Source: Candidatus Limnocylindria bacterium
Lineage (GTDB): Bacteria > Chloroflexota > Limnocylindria > P2-11E
Length of the DNA stretch: 64,000 nt
Reading direction: 5' to 3'
NCBI GenBank assembly: GCA_036565345.1
Contig: DATCNH010000081.1
Location: 2,118 to 66,117 of the forward strand
Shown in pieces: positions 26,022-36,246 of the stretch. The stretch's first letter is position 1. Every line of letters starts with the position of its first letter. The notes under the pieces are model-generated. The model did no database searches, had not been told where the DNA came from, and worked only from the letters and a program-made list of their open reading frames with translations. A program made the position numbers and the translations under genes.

Positions 26022-26192
26022 AATTGATATTCCTCCCTTCGGCAGAGCTACACCCGGTACTTCGGCACTCCCGGGCCGGCTCTTAAGGGGGTGATTAGAC
26101 CAGATACCGGATAGAAACACCCATCATTTGGACTAGATCAGGCGCCGCAGACGGCTACCGGCGGAGAAAACGCCGGAATCCGGCCTAATCCG

Positions 26193-26522
26193 TCAGATCC
26201 GTTCGTAACGGGCGACGTCGAGGACGAAGACGGTGGCTCCACCATACGAAACTTCGACCGGATAGGGCATGTAGAACTCGCCCGGCTCCATCACCGGGGG
26301 CATCGGGCTGATGTACTGATTCCGGGCATGGCAGGTCTCCCGGATGATGCCGAGGACGTCCTCGACCTGGGCTTCCTCCACCCCGACCAGGATCGAGCCG
26401 GTGCTCTGCTTCAGGAACCCGCCGGTCGATTGCAGGCGTGTCACGCGATATTCCTTGTCGGTGAGCGCGTTCACCAGCGCTCCCGCGTCCTCGGGATGGA
26501 CGAGCGCGACGACCAGCTTCAT
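26193..26522 (-). CDS. darA: PII-like c-di-AMP receptor DarA/PstA (DUF970)
   Basis: [62 protein letters not shown]... (109 aa). ATG overlaps the tmk stop (ATGA). The 417-aa track ORF is a frame artefact. Confidence 0.8.
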   Translation of the reverse strand: MKLVVALVHPEDAGALVNALTDKEYRVTRLQSTGGFLKQSTGSILVGVEEAQVEDVLGIIRETCHARNQYISPMPPVMEPGEFYMPYPVEVSYGGATVFVLDVARYERI

Positions 26523-27163
26523 GGCGTCCGCAGTGTACCGAGGAGCGGCTCGACCTCGCGACGGATATCGGTCGCGACGGCCGCCCGGTCGCGATCGCCG
26601 GCGACCACGACGATCCGGCCCGGCTCGGCGGCGGCGAGCCGGAGATAGCCGTCGCGGACCCGCTGGTGGAAGGCCTGCTCGTCCGCTTCGAACCGATCCC
26701 AGCCACGGCCGGTGCCCCGGGCCAAGCCGCGGGCCGCGGCGACCTCGATCGGGACGTCCAGGAGGAAGGTGCGGTCGGGGCGGACCGCACCGACCGCGAA
26801 CCGCGTGATCGCATCGAGCCCGGCCCGATCGGCCCCGTGTCCCGCGCCCTGGTAGGCAAGGGTCGAATCGAAGAAGCGGTCCACGACCACGATCGTCCCG
26901 GTCGCCAGCGCCGGACCGATGACATCGCGAACCAGCTGCGCCCGCGCCGCGCTGAAGAGGAGCGCCTGGGTGTTCTCGGCGAGTGGGATCTCCTGGGCGT
27001 GGAGGAGGATCTCGCGCACGCGTTCCCCCACCAGGGTGCTCCCGGGGTCCTGGAGCACGACGACCGTCTCGCCACGGGCGGTAAGCCACTCGGCCAGCGC
27101 GCGGGCTTGCGCGGACTTTCCCGACGCCTCGCCGCCCTCGAACGAAATGAGCAGGCCGCTCAG
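26519..27163 (-). CDS. tmk: thymidylate kinase Tmk, apparently initiated at CTG
   Basis: In frame: (L)[26 protein letters not shown]...[10 protein letters not shown]...[12 protein letters not shown] (P-loop, DRx motif, lid). The first ATG/GTG/TTG (GTG 27058) lies after the P-loop, and the frame stays open at least 60 codons upstream without a canonical start. The CTG at 27161-27163 overlaps the ycf45-like TGA as CTGA. Confidence 0.75.
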   Translation of the reverse strand: MSGLLISFEGGEASGKSAQARALAEWLTARGETVVVLQDPGSTLVGERVREILLHAQEIPLAENTQALLFSAARAQLVRDVIGPALATGTIVVVDRFFDSTLAYQGAGHGADRAGLDAITRFAVGAVRPDRTFLLDVPIEVAAARGLARGTGRGWDRFEADEQAFHQRVRDGYLRLAAAEPGRIVVVAGDRDRAAVATDIRREVEPLLGTLRTP

Positions 27164-28674
27164 CGGTATATCTGCACCCGCCGGAAGGGCTCGTGTCCGG
27201 TGCTGCGCGACGACAGGTTCGCACGCTCGATGAGCTCGTGCTGGAGCTTGCGGATGTATGCGCCCTGCGGCTGAAGCTCCACGTCGCTCCGGCCTTCGAC
27301 GATCGCTTCGATCGCCTCGCGCGTCTCGTCGAGGGCATCTTCCTCGGGCCCGCGCCGCAGCTCGAACACGCTCGTGAGCGCGCTCGCGATCTGGGACGAC
27401 GAATTGCTGCGTGCCACGTAGATCGGGACGCCGTTCGACTCGGCATTCCGCAGGCGCGGAGTCTTCCGGCGGTAGTAGTTCTTGAGCGTGATCACCACAT
27501 CGGCCTCCTCGGGCTCGCGAACGATGGCGACCGGCAGGCCGAGGCCGCGGGCGGCGTCCTCGAGCCGGCTCCAGGAGAGCCCGAAGGGATAGACCTTCAC
27601 CATCTCGCGTGCCGCCGACGAGGGAGCACGTGGCGTGCTGCGGCGCTCGAGCGCTTCAGCCGGCTGGCGGGTCGGCTTGGTGGCGCTCACCCGGACATCG
27701 CCCTCCGGATCGCGCTCCCGCTGCTCGGGCGAGACCGGCAGGCCAAGGAGGATGGCGTCCACCGTCGCGGCGACGTCGAGATACAGCGCGACCTTCTGGT
27801 ACGCCTGGATCTCGACGAGCACCTGGAAGGTCGGCGGGCCCTTACGCTCCAGGACCGACTTCTGGGTGCCGCGCCGGCGGGCCTCCTCGTCGCCGAGGGT
27901 GACCGTCTGGATCCCGCCGACCAGGTCGGCGAGGGTCGGGTTCAGCATGAGGTTCTCGAGCGTGTTCCCGTGTGCGGTGGCGACCAGCTGAACGCCTCGC
28001 TCGGCGATGGTGCGGGCGGCCTGGGCCTCCTGCTCGGTACCGATCTCATCGATGACGACCACCTCGGGCATGTGGTTCTCGACCGCCTCGATCATCACCG
28101 CGTGCTGCAGCGCCGGTGTCGCGACCTGCATCCGGCGCGCCCGCCCGATCCCGGGGTGCGGGATATCCCCGTCGCCGGCGATCTCGTTGGACGTGTCGAC
28201 GATGACCACACGCTTCTTCAGGTCATCCGCCAGGACGCGCGCGACCTCGCGGAGCAGCGTGGTCTTGCCGACGCCGGGACGCCCAAGGAGCAGGATGCTC
28301 CGTTCGGACTCCACGACATCGCGGATGATCTCCATCGTCCCGTACACCGCCCGGCCGACCCGCAGGGTCAGCCCCACGACCTTGCCGGCGCGATTCCGGA
28401 GGGCGCTGATGCGGTGGAGCGTTCGCTCGATGCCCGCACGGTTATCCCCGCCGAACTGCCCGATCCGGGAGATGACGTACGCGAGGTCCTCGGCCGTCAC
28501 CTCACGGTGTGACAGCATTTCCTCGCGTCCGGAGAACCGGGCCTCAGGGATGCGCCCGATGTCCATGACGATCTCGAGCAGGCCCTCCAGCCCGTCGAGG
28601 CCGCGGATGCGCTGGCCCACATCGGGCGGTAGCGCATCGAGGATGACGTCCAGATCGTCCCGTTCCGTCTTCAT
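27160..28674 (-). CDS. R3H-domain AAA+ ATPase (Ycf45/SpoIIIAA-like)
   Basis: Walker [17 protein letters not shown], Walker [10 protein letters not shown], and a C-terminal R3H-like nucleic-acid-binding region. ATG at 28674 preceded by GGTGGTGAG. Confidence 0.75.
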   Translation of the reverse strand: MKTERDDLDVILDALPPDVGQRIRGLDGLEGLLEIVMDIGRIPEARFSGREEMLSHREVTAEDLAYVISRIGQFGGDNRAGIERTLHRISALRNRAGKVVGLTLRVGRAVYGTMEIIRDVVESERSILLLGRPGVGKTTLLREVARVLADDLKKRVVIVDTSNEIAGDGDIPHPGIGRARRMQVATPALQHAVMIEAVENHMPEVVVIDEIGTEQEAQAARTIAERGVQLVATAHGNTLENLMLNPTLADLVGGIQTVTLGDEEARRRGTQKSVLERKGPPTFQVLVEIQAYQKVALYLDVAATVDAILLGLPVSPEQRERDPEGDVRVSATKPTRQPAEALERRSTPRAPSSAAREMVKVYPFGLSWSRLEDAARGLGLPVAIVREPEEADVVITLKNYYRRKTPRLRNAESNGVPIYVARSNSSSQIASALTSVFELRRGPEEDALDETREAIEAIVEGRSDVELQPQGAYIRKLQHELIERANLSSRSTGHEPFRRVQIYR

Positions 28675-29663
28675 CTCACCACCGCCGGCGCGAGCGCCGG
28701 CTCTTCGATGCGGACCGCGAGCTCCCTGACGAAAAGCATAGCCGTCGCCACCTCGCGGAACCCCTCGCCCACGAGCGCACGGGCGACGTGCTCTTCGTAG
28801 GAACGGACCGACGATGTGACCGGCCGGCCGGAGTCGAGCTCGCGCGACGCACCGCGGACCAGCTCGCGGGCCAGCTCGGTGTCGCCGCCGGCGGTCCGGA
28901 TCTTCACCACATGGGGATGGCGATCGAGCCCCCGGAAGCTCGCGGCAAAGCCTCGGATCCGCTGGCCGCCGTCCTCGCCGGCGATCATCGCGGTGGCCCG
29001 CCGCATCGTGATGGGGTTCCCGCTCACCAGATGCGGCGGATCGAACGCGCCGGACCGGCGGCCGACATCGAAGTCCTCGACCGTCAGCTGCTCGGCCCGC
29101 TGGACCGCGTGCGGCGTCGTCGCGACGTAGAAGCGGAAAAGGTCATGGGCGTCGACCCGTCGCGCGGGATGGCCCGGGAGCCGGCCTGACGGCGCGGCCA
29201 GCGGTGCCCGGGGTGCGGCGTACCAGGTCTCCCGGGTATAGGAATAGAAGCCGGCCTGGAAGAACGTCTCCCGCGGGCGTGTCTCGTCGGAGACCGCCCC
29301 AAATACCCGCAGCATCCCGCGCTGCGCGGCGGCGGCGGCGATGTGCGCGAGGAGCCGGAACGAACCCTCGGACCCGGACGGGTCGGGCAGTGCGGCGAGC
29401 GCCAGCACGACCCACTCCGGGCGTCGCCCGGCATAGACGAGGGACACGCTGCACAGCCGGCCGCGGTATTCCTCGAGGTACACCCGCAGGCGGGTCCGCA
29501 TGCCGAGCGTTCCGGGGAGGAGGGTGAGCCAGCCGGCGAACGCACCGGCGGCAAGCGCACGGGGCAGCACCGAGCCGACGATCGCCTCAGGGACCGCCGT
29601 CGTGTCCGCGAGGAACTTCGCGACCCGGGGCAGGTCCGTCGGCATGGCCGCACGCGCGGTCAT
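28671..29663 (-). CDS. hypothetical protein (possible GNAT-fold, two-domain)
   Basis: ATG 29661-29663 overlaps the pdxT stop (ATGA) and the gene's own stop overlaps the next start (ATGA). No firm family assignment could be made from the sequence alone. Confidence 0.45.
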   Translation of the reverse strand: MTARAAMPTDLPRVAKFLADTTAVPEAIVGSVLPRALAAGAFAGWLTLLPGTLGMRTRLRVYLEEYRGRLCSVSLVYAGRRPEWVVLALAALPDPSGSEGSFRLLAHIAAAAAQRGMLRVFGAVSDETRPRETFFQAGFYSYTRETWYAAPRAPLAAPSGRLPGHPARRVDAHDLFRFYVATTPHAVQRAEQLTVEDFDVGRRSGAFDPPHLVSGNPITMRRATAMIAGEDGGQRIRGFAASFRGLDRHPHVVKIRTAGGDTELARELVRGASRELDSGRPVTSSVRSYEEHVARALVGEGFREVATAMLFVRELAVRIEEPALAPAVVR

Positions 29664-30235
29664 CCGCCGGCCCCGAGCGCGAGGAAATAGGCGTGGAAGC
29701 GATCGTCGCGGGTGAGCTCGGGATGGAACGATGTCGCGAGCAGCCGGTCCTGGCGGACGGCGACGATGGCCCCGCCCGGCAGGGTCGAGAGGACCTCGAC
29801 GCCATCGCCGACGCGAGCGATGAGCGGGGAGCGAATGAAGACCGCATGGAATGGCGCGGCACCCAGACGAGGAACGTCGAGGTCGGCCTCGAACGATTCG
29901 CGCTGGCGACCGAAGGCATTGCGCCTGACAGTGAGATCCATCGCCCCAAGGATCGGATGCGGATGCCCCGGGACATCCCGCGCCAGGAAGATCGCGCCCG
30001 CGCAGGTGCCCCACACCGCCATCCCCGCTGCGATCCGCTCACGGAGCTTGGGGATGAACCCGTAGCGCTCCGCCAGCTTCCCGATCGTCGTGCTCTCGCC
30101 CCCCGGGATGATCAGCGCATCGATGGCGTCGAGCTGCTCCGGCCAGCGCACGTCGATCGCTGACGCACTCAGCCGGCCAAGGGTCTCAAGATGCTCGCGA
30201 AAATCGCCCTGGAGCCCAAGGACCCCTGCGCGCAT
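29660..30235 (-). CDS. pdxT: pyridoxal 5'-phosphate synthase glutaminase subunit PdxT
   Basis: MRAGVLGLQGDFREHLE...GTCAGAIFL...SFHPELT (class I GATase triad). Alternative ATG at 30244. Confidence 0.85.
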   Translation of the reverse strand: MRAGVLGLQGDFREHLETLGRLSASAIDVRWPEQLDAIDALIIPGGESTTIGKLAERYGFIPKLRERIAAGMAVWGTCAGAIFLARDVPGHPHPILGAMDLTVRRNAFGRQRESFEADLDVPRLGAAPFHAVFIRSPLIARVGDGVEVLSTLPGGAIVAVRQDRLLATSFHPELTRDDRFHAYFLALGAGG

Positions 30236-30249
30236 CTTCGTCATTGAAC

Positions 30250-30324
30250 GGTGACTGACCACTTACTGCGTCCGTGCGAAGCACGGCGAAGCAAACGAGT
30301 CAGTCACCCTTGGTGACTGACTCG

Positions 30325-30326
<2 letters not shown>
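30250..30326 (-). repeat. structured pdxS-pdxT intergenic element: three copies of GGTGACTGAC, two forming a perfect 15-bp inverted repeat, plus a small CGTGC-GAA-GCACG hairpin
   Basis: Seen directly: AACGAGTCAGTCACC-CTT-GGTGACTGACTCGTT (30294-30326) abuts the pdxS stop, and a third GGTGACTGACC lies at 30250-30260 next to the pdxT start. Confidence 0.4.
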
Positions 30327-31233
<907 letters not shown>

Positions 31234-31261
31234 GGTAACGCCTGACCCCTAAAATCGGTAC

Positions 31262-31798
31262 ATGGGCGTGGTAGACGCGAACGTCCTCGTGCTCAATCTC
31301 GATTACCAGCCGCTGAACGTGTGCAACGTCCGCCGGGCGGTGGTCCTGCTTGATAAGCAGAAGGCCGTGGTCATCGAGCAGAACGGCCACATCGTGACGA
31401 GTGAGCGGGCCAAGATCCCCTCACCCTCGGTCATCCGGCTCGCGTATCACATCAAGCGGCCGCGCCCGGTGGTGAAGATGACGCGCAAAGAGGTCCTGCT
31501 GCGTGATGACCACACCTGCCAGTACTGCGGGAAGCGGGGGCACGACCTCACCCTGGACCATGTGATCCCCCGTCACCGCGGCGGCCTGCACACCTGGGAG
31601 AACGTCGTGGCGGCCTGCAAGGGTTGCAACCACCGCAAGGGCGGCCGCACGGTCAAGGAGTCCTCGATGGCCCTCGCCCGCCAGCCGGTCCGGCCCCCGT
31701 CCACCCCGAGCTACCTCTTCTCCTCGTACATCCGGTCCGGGGAGCGCCAGTGGTTCAAGTTCCTCGGGGTCGAGGACGCGTCCGCCGCGGCCTCCTGA
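31262..31798 (+). CDS. HNH endonuclease family protein
   Basis: CxxC...H-N-H core: DHTCQYCGKRGHDLTLDHVIPRHRGGLHTWENVVAACKGCNHRKG. Confidence 0.8.
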   Translation: MGVVDANVLVLNLDYQPLNVCNVRRAVVLLDKQKAVVIEQNGHIVTSERAKIPSPSVIRLAYHIKRPRPVVKMTRKEVLLRDDHTCQYCGKRGHDLTLDHVIPRHRGGLHTWENVVAACKGCNHRKGGRTVKESSMALARQPVRPPSTPSYLFSSYIRSGERQWFKFLGVEDASAAAS

Positions 31799-31835
31799 CC
31801 GGCCTGGCATCCGAGTTGCCCGTTACGGCCGTTCG

Positions 31836-33020
31836 ATGAAGCTGTTGTTCACCAAACGCGGATACGCGCCGATCGGCGGCTCGGAGAGTCTCGCCTACCA
31901 GTTCGCGACCCGGCTGGCCGCCCGGGGCCATGACGTGCGCGTGGTCTGCGCCTGGCCCTCGGAAAAGGAGGAGGCGCGCTATCGCGGCGCATCGTTCTCA
32001 CCCGTCGTCCATGACGACCACCGCGTCTTCGTCGACCGCGGCGTCGAGGTCGTCCAGGTCCGCCCTCGCGGCGGCATCCTCGGCAAAGCGGCTGACGCGA
32101 CGACGCTCCTCGACCTCATGCGAGGTGACCTGCTCGAGCGCTACGCCGAAGACCGCGAGCTCATCCACAACGTCGGCCGCGAGTACCTCGACAGCTCGGT
32201 CGAGGTTGCCGAGGAGCTCTCGCTCCCCCTCGTGCTCACGCCCCTCGCGCATCCCGGGCAATTCCATGGCGGAGACGCGCCGTCGGACTTCGCGCGCTAT
32301 CGTCGGGCGAGCGCGATCACGACGATGACCGACTGGGAGCGCGACTGGTACATCGGCCAAGGGATCGACGCCGCGCGTGTGTTCACCACGGGGATGGGCC
32401 CGAACGCGTCCGGTGACGGCGACGGCTTGCGGTTCCGGGCGGCGCAGCACATCCCCGCGCATGCGCCGATCATCCTGTTCATCGGTCGGAAGGAGCGGTA
32501 CAAGGGCTTCATCCAGCTCCTCGACGCCACCGAGCCGGTCTGGCGCTCTTACCCGGATGCGCGGTTCGTGTTCATCGGCGTTCCCGGCTTTTACTCGACG
32601 TTCTTCGACGACTTCGCCCGCTACCACGACGAGCGGATCATCCACCTCGAGAACGCGAGCGCGGCGACGAAGGCCGACGCGCTCGAGGCCTGCCGGCTCT
32701 TCGCGATGCCGTCCCTGCACGAGACCTTTGGCCTCGGGTACCTGGAGGCCTGGCTGCATGGCAAGCCGGTGATCGGGGGAGACATTCCCGCCCTCCGCGA
32801 CGTCATCGACGACGGTGTAGACGGGCTCTGTGTCCGTCAGCGCGCCGACGCGGTGGCCTCGGCGATCCTCCGGCTGCTCGCCGATCCGGCCGAAGCGGCC
32901 GCGATGGGCCGTCGGGGACAGGAGAAGGTGCATCGCCGCTGGGATTGGGTCGCGGTGATCGACCGAGTCGAGGCGAGCTATGCCCGGGCCGCCGCCGAGG
33001 TGACCACGACCGCCGCCTAG
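31836..33020 (+). CDS. GT4-family glycosyltransferase
   Basis: GT-B fold; C-terminal EX7E-like region (FAMPSLHETFGLGYLEAWLHGKPVIG). Confidence 0.8.
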   Translation: MKLLFTKRGYAPIGGSESLAYQFATRLAARGHDVRVVCAWPSEKEEARYRGASFSPVVHDDHRVFVDRGVEVVQVRPRGGILGKAADATTLLDLMRGDLLERYAEDRELIHNVGREYLDSSVEVAEELSLPLVLTPLAHPGQFHGGDAPSDFARYRRASAITTMTDWERDWYIGQGIDAARVFTTGMGPNASGDGDGLRFRAAQHIPAHAPIILFIGRKERYKGFIQLLDATEPVWRSYPDARFVFIGVPGFYSTFFDDFARYHDERIIHLENASAATKADALEACRLFAMPSLHETFGLGYLEAWLHGKPVIGGDIPALRDVIDDGVDGLCVRQRADAVASAILRLLADPAEAAAMGRRGQEKVHRRWDWVAVIDRVEASYARAAAEVTTTAA

Positions 33021-33046
33021 GCATCTCGCCCGAGTAGCCTCCGGCG

Positions 33047-34153
33047 ATGCGGATCGTCATCGCCAAGAAGCTCCTGTCCACCGTCGGCGGTTCCGAGGCC
33101 CAGGCCCGTGCGCTCGGTTCGGCCCTGCGCGCGCGCGGGCATGAGGTCACGCTGCTCGGGATCCGCCCGGTCTGGCGGCGGCCAGGGATCCCGGATGCGG
33201 TCTACGCCGCACCACCCGGCGACGTCGAGGTCTTCGAGCAGGGACTTCGCTACGTCTTCGTCGCGAGCCGCGCGGCCGCGGCGGAGGCACTCCTCCCGAT
33301 CTCGCTCGCGCCGGCCGACCGACTCGCCCGCGCCTTCGCCGGCGCCCAGGTCGTGCACGCTCTGGCCCGAGAGTGGTCCGGACCGGCCGAGCGCGCCGCC
33401 CGATCCGTCGGCGCGGCATTCGTCGAGACGCCGCTCGCGCACCCCGGACAGCGGTTCTCTGGCGACGGGCGATCCGACCTCCGCCGCTATGCGCGCGACG
33501 ACGCCGTCCTTGCGCTTACTGAGTGGGAGGCCACTTTTTATCGGGAACGCGGCGCACGCAACGTGTACGTGACCGGGGTCGGTCCGATCCTCGGTGCGCC
33601 GCTGCCGGAGCTCGCGGCCGATCGCCAGACGATCCTCTTCGTCGGACGCAAGGAGCGCTACAAGGGCTACGACGCGATGCGGGCAGCCGCGCCGCTCGTC
33701 TGGTCGACGCATCCGGATGCGCGCTTCCACCTGATCGGACAGCGACGCTTCCTCGGACCCAGACCGCTTGGCGATCCGCGCTGGACCGAGCCGGGAATCG
33801 TGAGCGAAGCGGAAAAGGCGGAGGCGTACGTGCGATCGACGATCTTCTGCATGCCCTCCAGCCATGAAACTTTCGGTCACACCTATCTGGAAGCCTGGTC
33901 CGCCGGACGGCCGGTGATCGCCGGAGACATCGCGCCGCTGCGCGAGGTCGTGCGCGACGGGATCGACGGGCTCCATGCGGCGAACGAGCCGCAGGCGGTC
34001 GCCGCCGCGATCCGCGCGCTGCTCGACGATCCCACCGCCGCAGCACGCATGGGCGAATCGGGTCGCGCCCGGGTCGCCGAGCGATGGACCTGGGATCGGA
34101 TCGCCGAGCGGACCGAGGCGGCGTACGCGAGCGCGAGGACGTTCCTACACTGA
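33047..34153 (+). CDS. GT4-family glycosyltransferase (tandem paralogue of the preceding gene)
   Basis: Collinear similarity to 31836-33020 (TPLAHPGQ.F.GDG...FVGRKERYKG...MPS.HETFG..YLEAW..G.PVI.GDI..LR.V..DG.DGL). Confidence 0.8.
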   Translation: MRIVIAKKLLSTVGGSEAQARALGSALRARGHEVTLLGIRPVWRRPGIPDAVYAAPPGDVEVFEQGLRYVFVASRAAAAEALLPISLAPADRLARAFAGAQVVHALAREWSGPAERAARSVGAAFVETPLAHPGQRFSGDGRSDLRRYARDDAVLALTEWEATFYRERGARNVYVTGVGPILGAPLPELAADRQTILFVGRKERYKGYDAMRAAAPLVWSTHPDARFHLIGQRRFLGPRPLGDPRWTEPGIVSEAEKAEAYVRSTIFCMPSSHETFGHTYLEAWSAGRPVIAGDIAPLREVVRDGIDGLHAANEPQAVAAAIRALLDDPTAAARMGESGRARVAERWTWDRIAERTEAAYASARTFLH

Positions 34154-34157
34154 CCCG

Positions 34158-35189
34158 ATGCGTGCGGTGATCGGACAACGGCGGCTCCTCGACCGGCTTG
34201 GTGCGCAAGCCGCGCGAGGCGAGGTCGCGCACGCCTATGGGCTCTTTGGTCCGCGGGGTATCGGCAAGCACACGGTCGCGCTTCGCCTCGCTCAGAGCCT
34301 CAACTGCCTCGAGGATGACCGGCCTGCGGGCGGATGCGGCCGCTGCCGATCCTGTCTGAACATCGAGCACGGGGTGCATCCCGATGTCCGCCTGATCAAG
34401 CGGGAGAAGGACAAGGACGGCAAGGATCGGAAGGACATCGTCATCGAGCAGATCCGTGAGATGCAGACCGACCTCGCGCTGCGACCCCTCGAGGGACGGA
34501 CCCGCGTCGTGCTCATCGACGACGCTGCCGAGCTCAACCTCTATGCCCAGGATGCGCTCCTCAAGACGCTGGAGGAGCCGCCGCGGCACGCGCTGCTGCT
34601 CCTGCTCACCCAGACCCCCGCGGCGCTCAGCGAGACCATCCGCTCGCGGCTGCAGCTGCTCCCGTTTCGGCTGGTCGCCCACGCGGAGCTCGCGGCTGCC
34701 CTTCGCGAGCGTTTCGGTGCGGGAGCCGAGCGGTTCGCGGCACCGGCGAACGGCCGCCCGGGCCTGGGGATCGAGCTTGCGACCGACGAGCGGGGCATTC
34801 GCACGTCCCGGGCGGCGCTCGAAGCGGAGCTCTACAAGCTCATCGGCAGCGGTCTCACCGATCGCTTCGCCTGGGCCGCCGATCTCGCTGATGACACTGA
34901 CAACCGGCGGCGCGCCGAGAACATCGACCGGCACTTTGCGCACTGGTCCGAGCTGCTGCGTGACGCGGCGGTCGCGTCGCGCGGCCTCGCCGATCGACCG
35001 CTCCGGCCGGACCGGGCCACCGAGACCGGCCGGCTGGCCACGGCGGTGACGCCGCGCGAGCTCGTCGACGCGGTGCTGCTCATCGAGCGGCTCCGGCGGG
35101 ACCTGTTCTGGAACGCGAACGCCCGAGCGATGCTCGAGCTCTTTGCGCTGAAGCTCCCCTACCTCGCGGGCGTCGGAGCGCGGGCATGA
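34158..35189 (+). CDS. holB: DNA polymerase III delta' subunit HolB
   Basis: AAA+ clamp-loader motifs (AHAYGLFGPRGIGKHT, zinc module CGRCRSCLNIEHGVHPD, SRC-like RSRLQLLPF). ATG 34158 overlaps the GT4 stop. Confidence 0.8.
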   Translation: MRAVIGQRRLLDRLGAQAARGEVAHAYGLFGPRGIGKHTVALRLAQSLNCLEDDRPAGGCGRCRSCLNIEHGVHPDVRLIKREKDKDGKDRKDIVIEQIREMQTDLALRPLEGRTRVVLIDDAAELNLYAQDALLKTLEEPPRHALLLLLTQTPAALSETIRSRLQLLPFRLVAHAELAAALRERFGAGAERFAAPANGRPGLGIELATDERGIRTSRAALEAELYKLIGSGLTDRFAWAADLADDTDNRRRAENIDRHFAHWSELLRDAAVASRGLADRPLRPDRATETGRLATAVTPRELVDAVLLIERLRRDLFWNANARAMLELFALKLPYLAGVGARA

Positions 35190-36220
35190 GCAAGACCGTC
35201 GTCGGCGCGCGGTTCACGACCGCCGGTCGGATGTATTTCTTCGAGCCCGGATCGGTCACCGAGTACCGCGTCGGCGACTGGGTCATCGTCCAGACCGAAC
35301 TTGGCCAAGACGCCGCCCGGGTCCAGATCCTTCCCACCAATTCGCCGATGGTCCAGGTCGATCCTCCGCTCGGTCACGTCCTGCGAAAGGCGAGCGCGAC
35401 CGACAAGTTCGAGATGGCCAAGCACAAGCGCCGCGAAGCGGACTCCACGCTCGAGGCGAAGTCGGTGGCGCAGCGGCACCGCCTTCCGCTGAAGGTGCTC
35501 GGCGCGGACTGGCAGTTCGACGGCGCAAGCCTGGTGATCTTCTACTCGAGCGAGCAGCCGAATCTCGACCTCGGCGGGTTCAGCGAGGACCTCGCAGCTC
35601 ATTTCGGCACGCGCATCGAGCTACGCCGACTCGGTGCGCGCGACGAGACCAAGGTGATGACCGGCGTGGGCACCTGCGGTCAGGAGCTCTGCTGCTCGAG
35701 CTGGCTCGACAAGTTCTCGAACATCTCGATCCGGATGGCCAAGGAGCAGGATCTCCCGCTCAACATGAGCAAGCTCACCGGGGTCTGTGGACGGCTGAAG
35801 TGCTGCCTCATCTACGAGCTCGAGACCTATCAGGAAGTGAAGGGAAAGCTCCCGAAGCTCGGCGAGACCTTCCACATCCCATCGTGCGTCGGCGGATCGT
35901 GCGGCTCCGGTGGCTGCGCACAGGTACAGGGTGCATCGATGACGAAGGAGGCGATCGTCGTCGGCCTACTCGACGGCGGCCGGGCATCGTTCACCGCGGA
36001 GGAGCTCGGAGTCACGTTCGATCCGGTGCCCGCGCATACCCGCGGGGTCGGCACCTACGGATCGGATGAGGTTCCCCGCCTCGAGCGCCCGACCCCGCTC
36101 CCCAGCCCGGACATGCCGGGGACGGGACCGCGGCGCCGGCGGCGGCGCGGTGGGCGGCGGCGCGGACCGGGACCGGCCGGCCGCTCGGATCAGGGCGGGG
36201 CGTCAGCGCCGACCGACTAA
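35186..36220 (+). CDS. ricT: PSP1 C-terminal domain protein (RicT/YaaT-like)
   Basis: PSP1 signature with conserved Cys (GTCGQELCCSSWL...CGRLKCCLIYE). Gene order holB-ricT as in Firmicutes. Confidence 0.8.
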   Translation: MSKTVVGARFTTAGRMYFFEPGSVTEYRVGDWVIVQTELGQDAARVQILPTNSPMVQVDPPLGHVLRKASATDKFEMAKHKRREADSTLEAKSVAQRHRLPLKVLGADWQFDGASLVIFYSSEQPNLDLGGFSEDLAAHFGTRIELRRLGARDETKVMTGVGTCGQELCCSSWLDKFSNISIRMAKEQDLPLNMSKLTGVCGRLKCCLIYELETYQEVKGKLPKLGETFHIPSCVGGSCGSGGCAQVQGASMTKEAIVVGLLDGGRASFTAEELGVTFDPVPAHTRGVGTYGSDEVPRLERPTPLPSPDMPGTGPRRRRRRGGRRRGPGPAGRSDQGGASAPTD

Positions 36221-36246
36221 GGTCGGCGTGGACCGCGTGTGGCGGA

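Noticed and set aside
25816-26192. Sigma54 (-24/-12) promoter upstream of the HD-GYP operon
   Set aside because: Only a GGCAC-N5-GGCC-like string on the wrong strand was found, with no convincing TGGCAC-N5-TTGCW match. A PWM scan is needed.
27056-27165. Possibility that the tmk P-loop is in a different frame from the C-terminal domain (frameshift or pseudogene)
   Set aside because: Re-translation codon by codon shows the P-loop, DRx and lid motifs are contiguous in one frame. Only the start codon is non-canonical.
26193-27446. 417-aa and 296-aa ORFs spanning the darA/tmk region
   Set aside because: Only the last 109 codons (DarA) are protein-like. The rest is an off-frame read through tmk.
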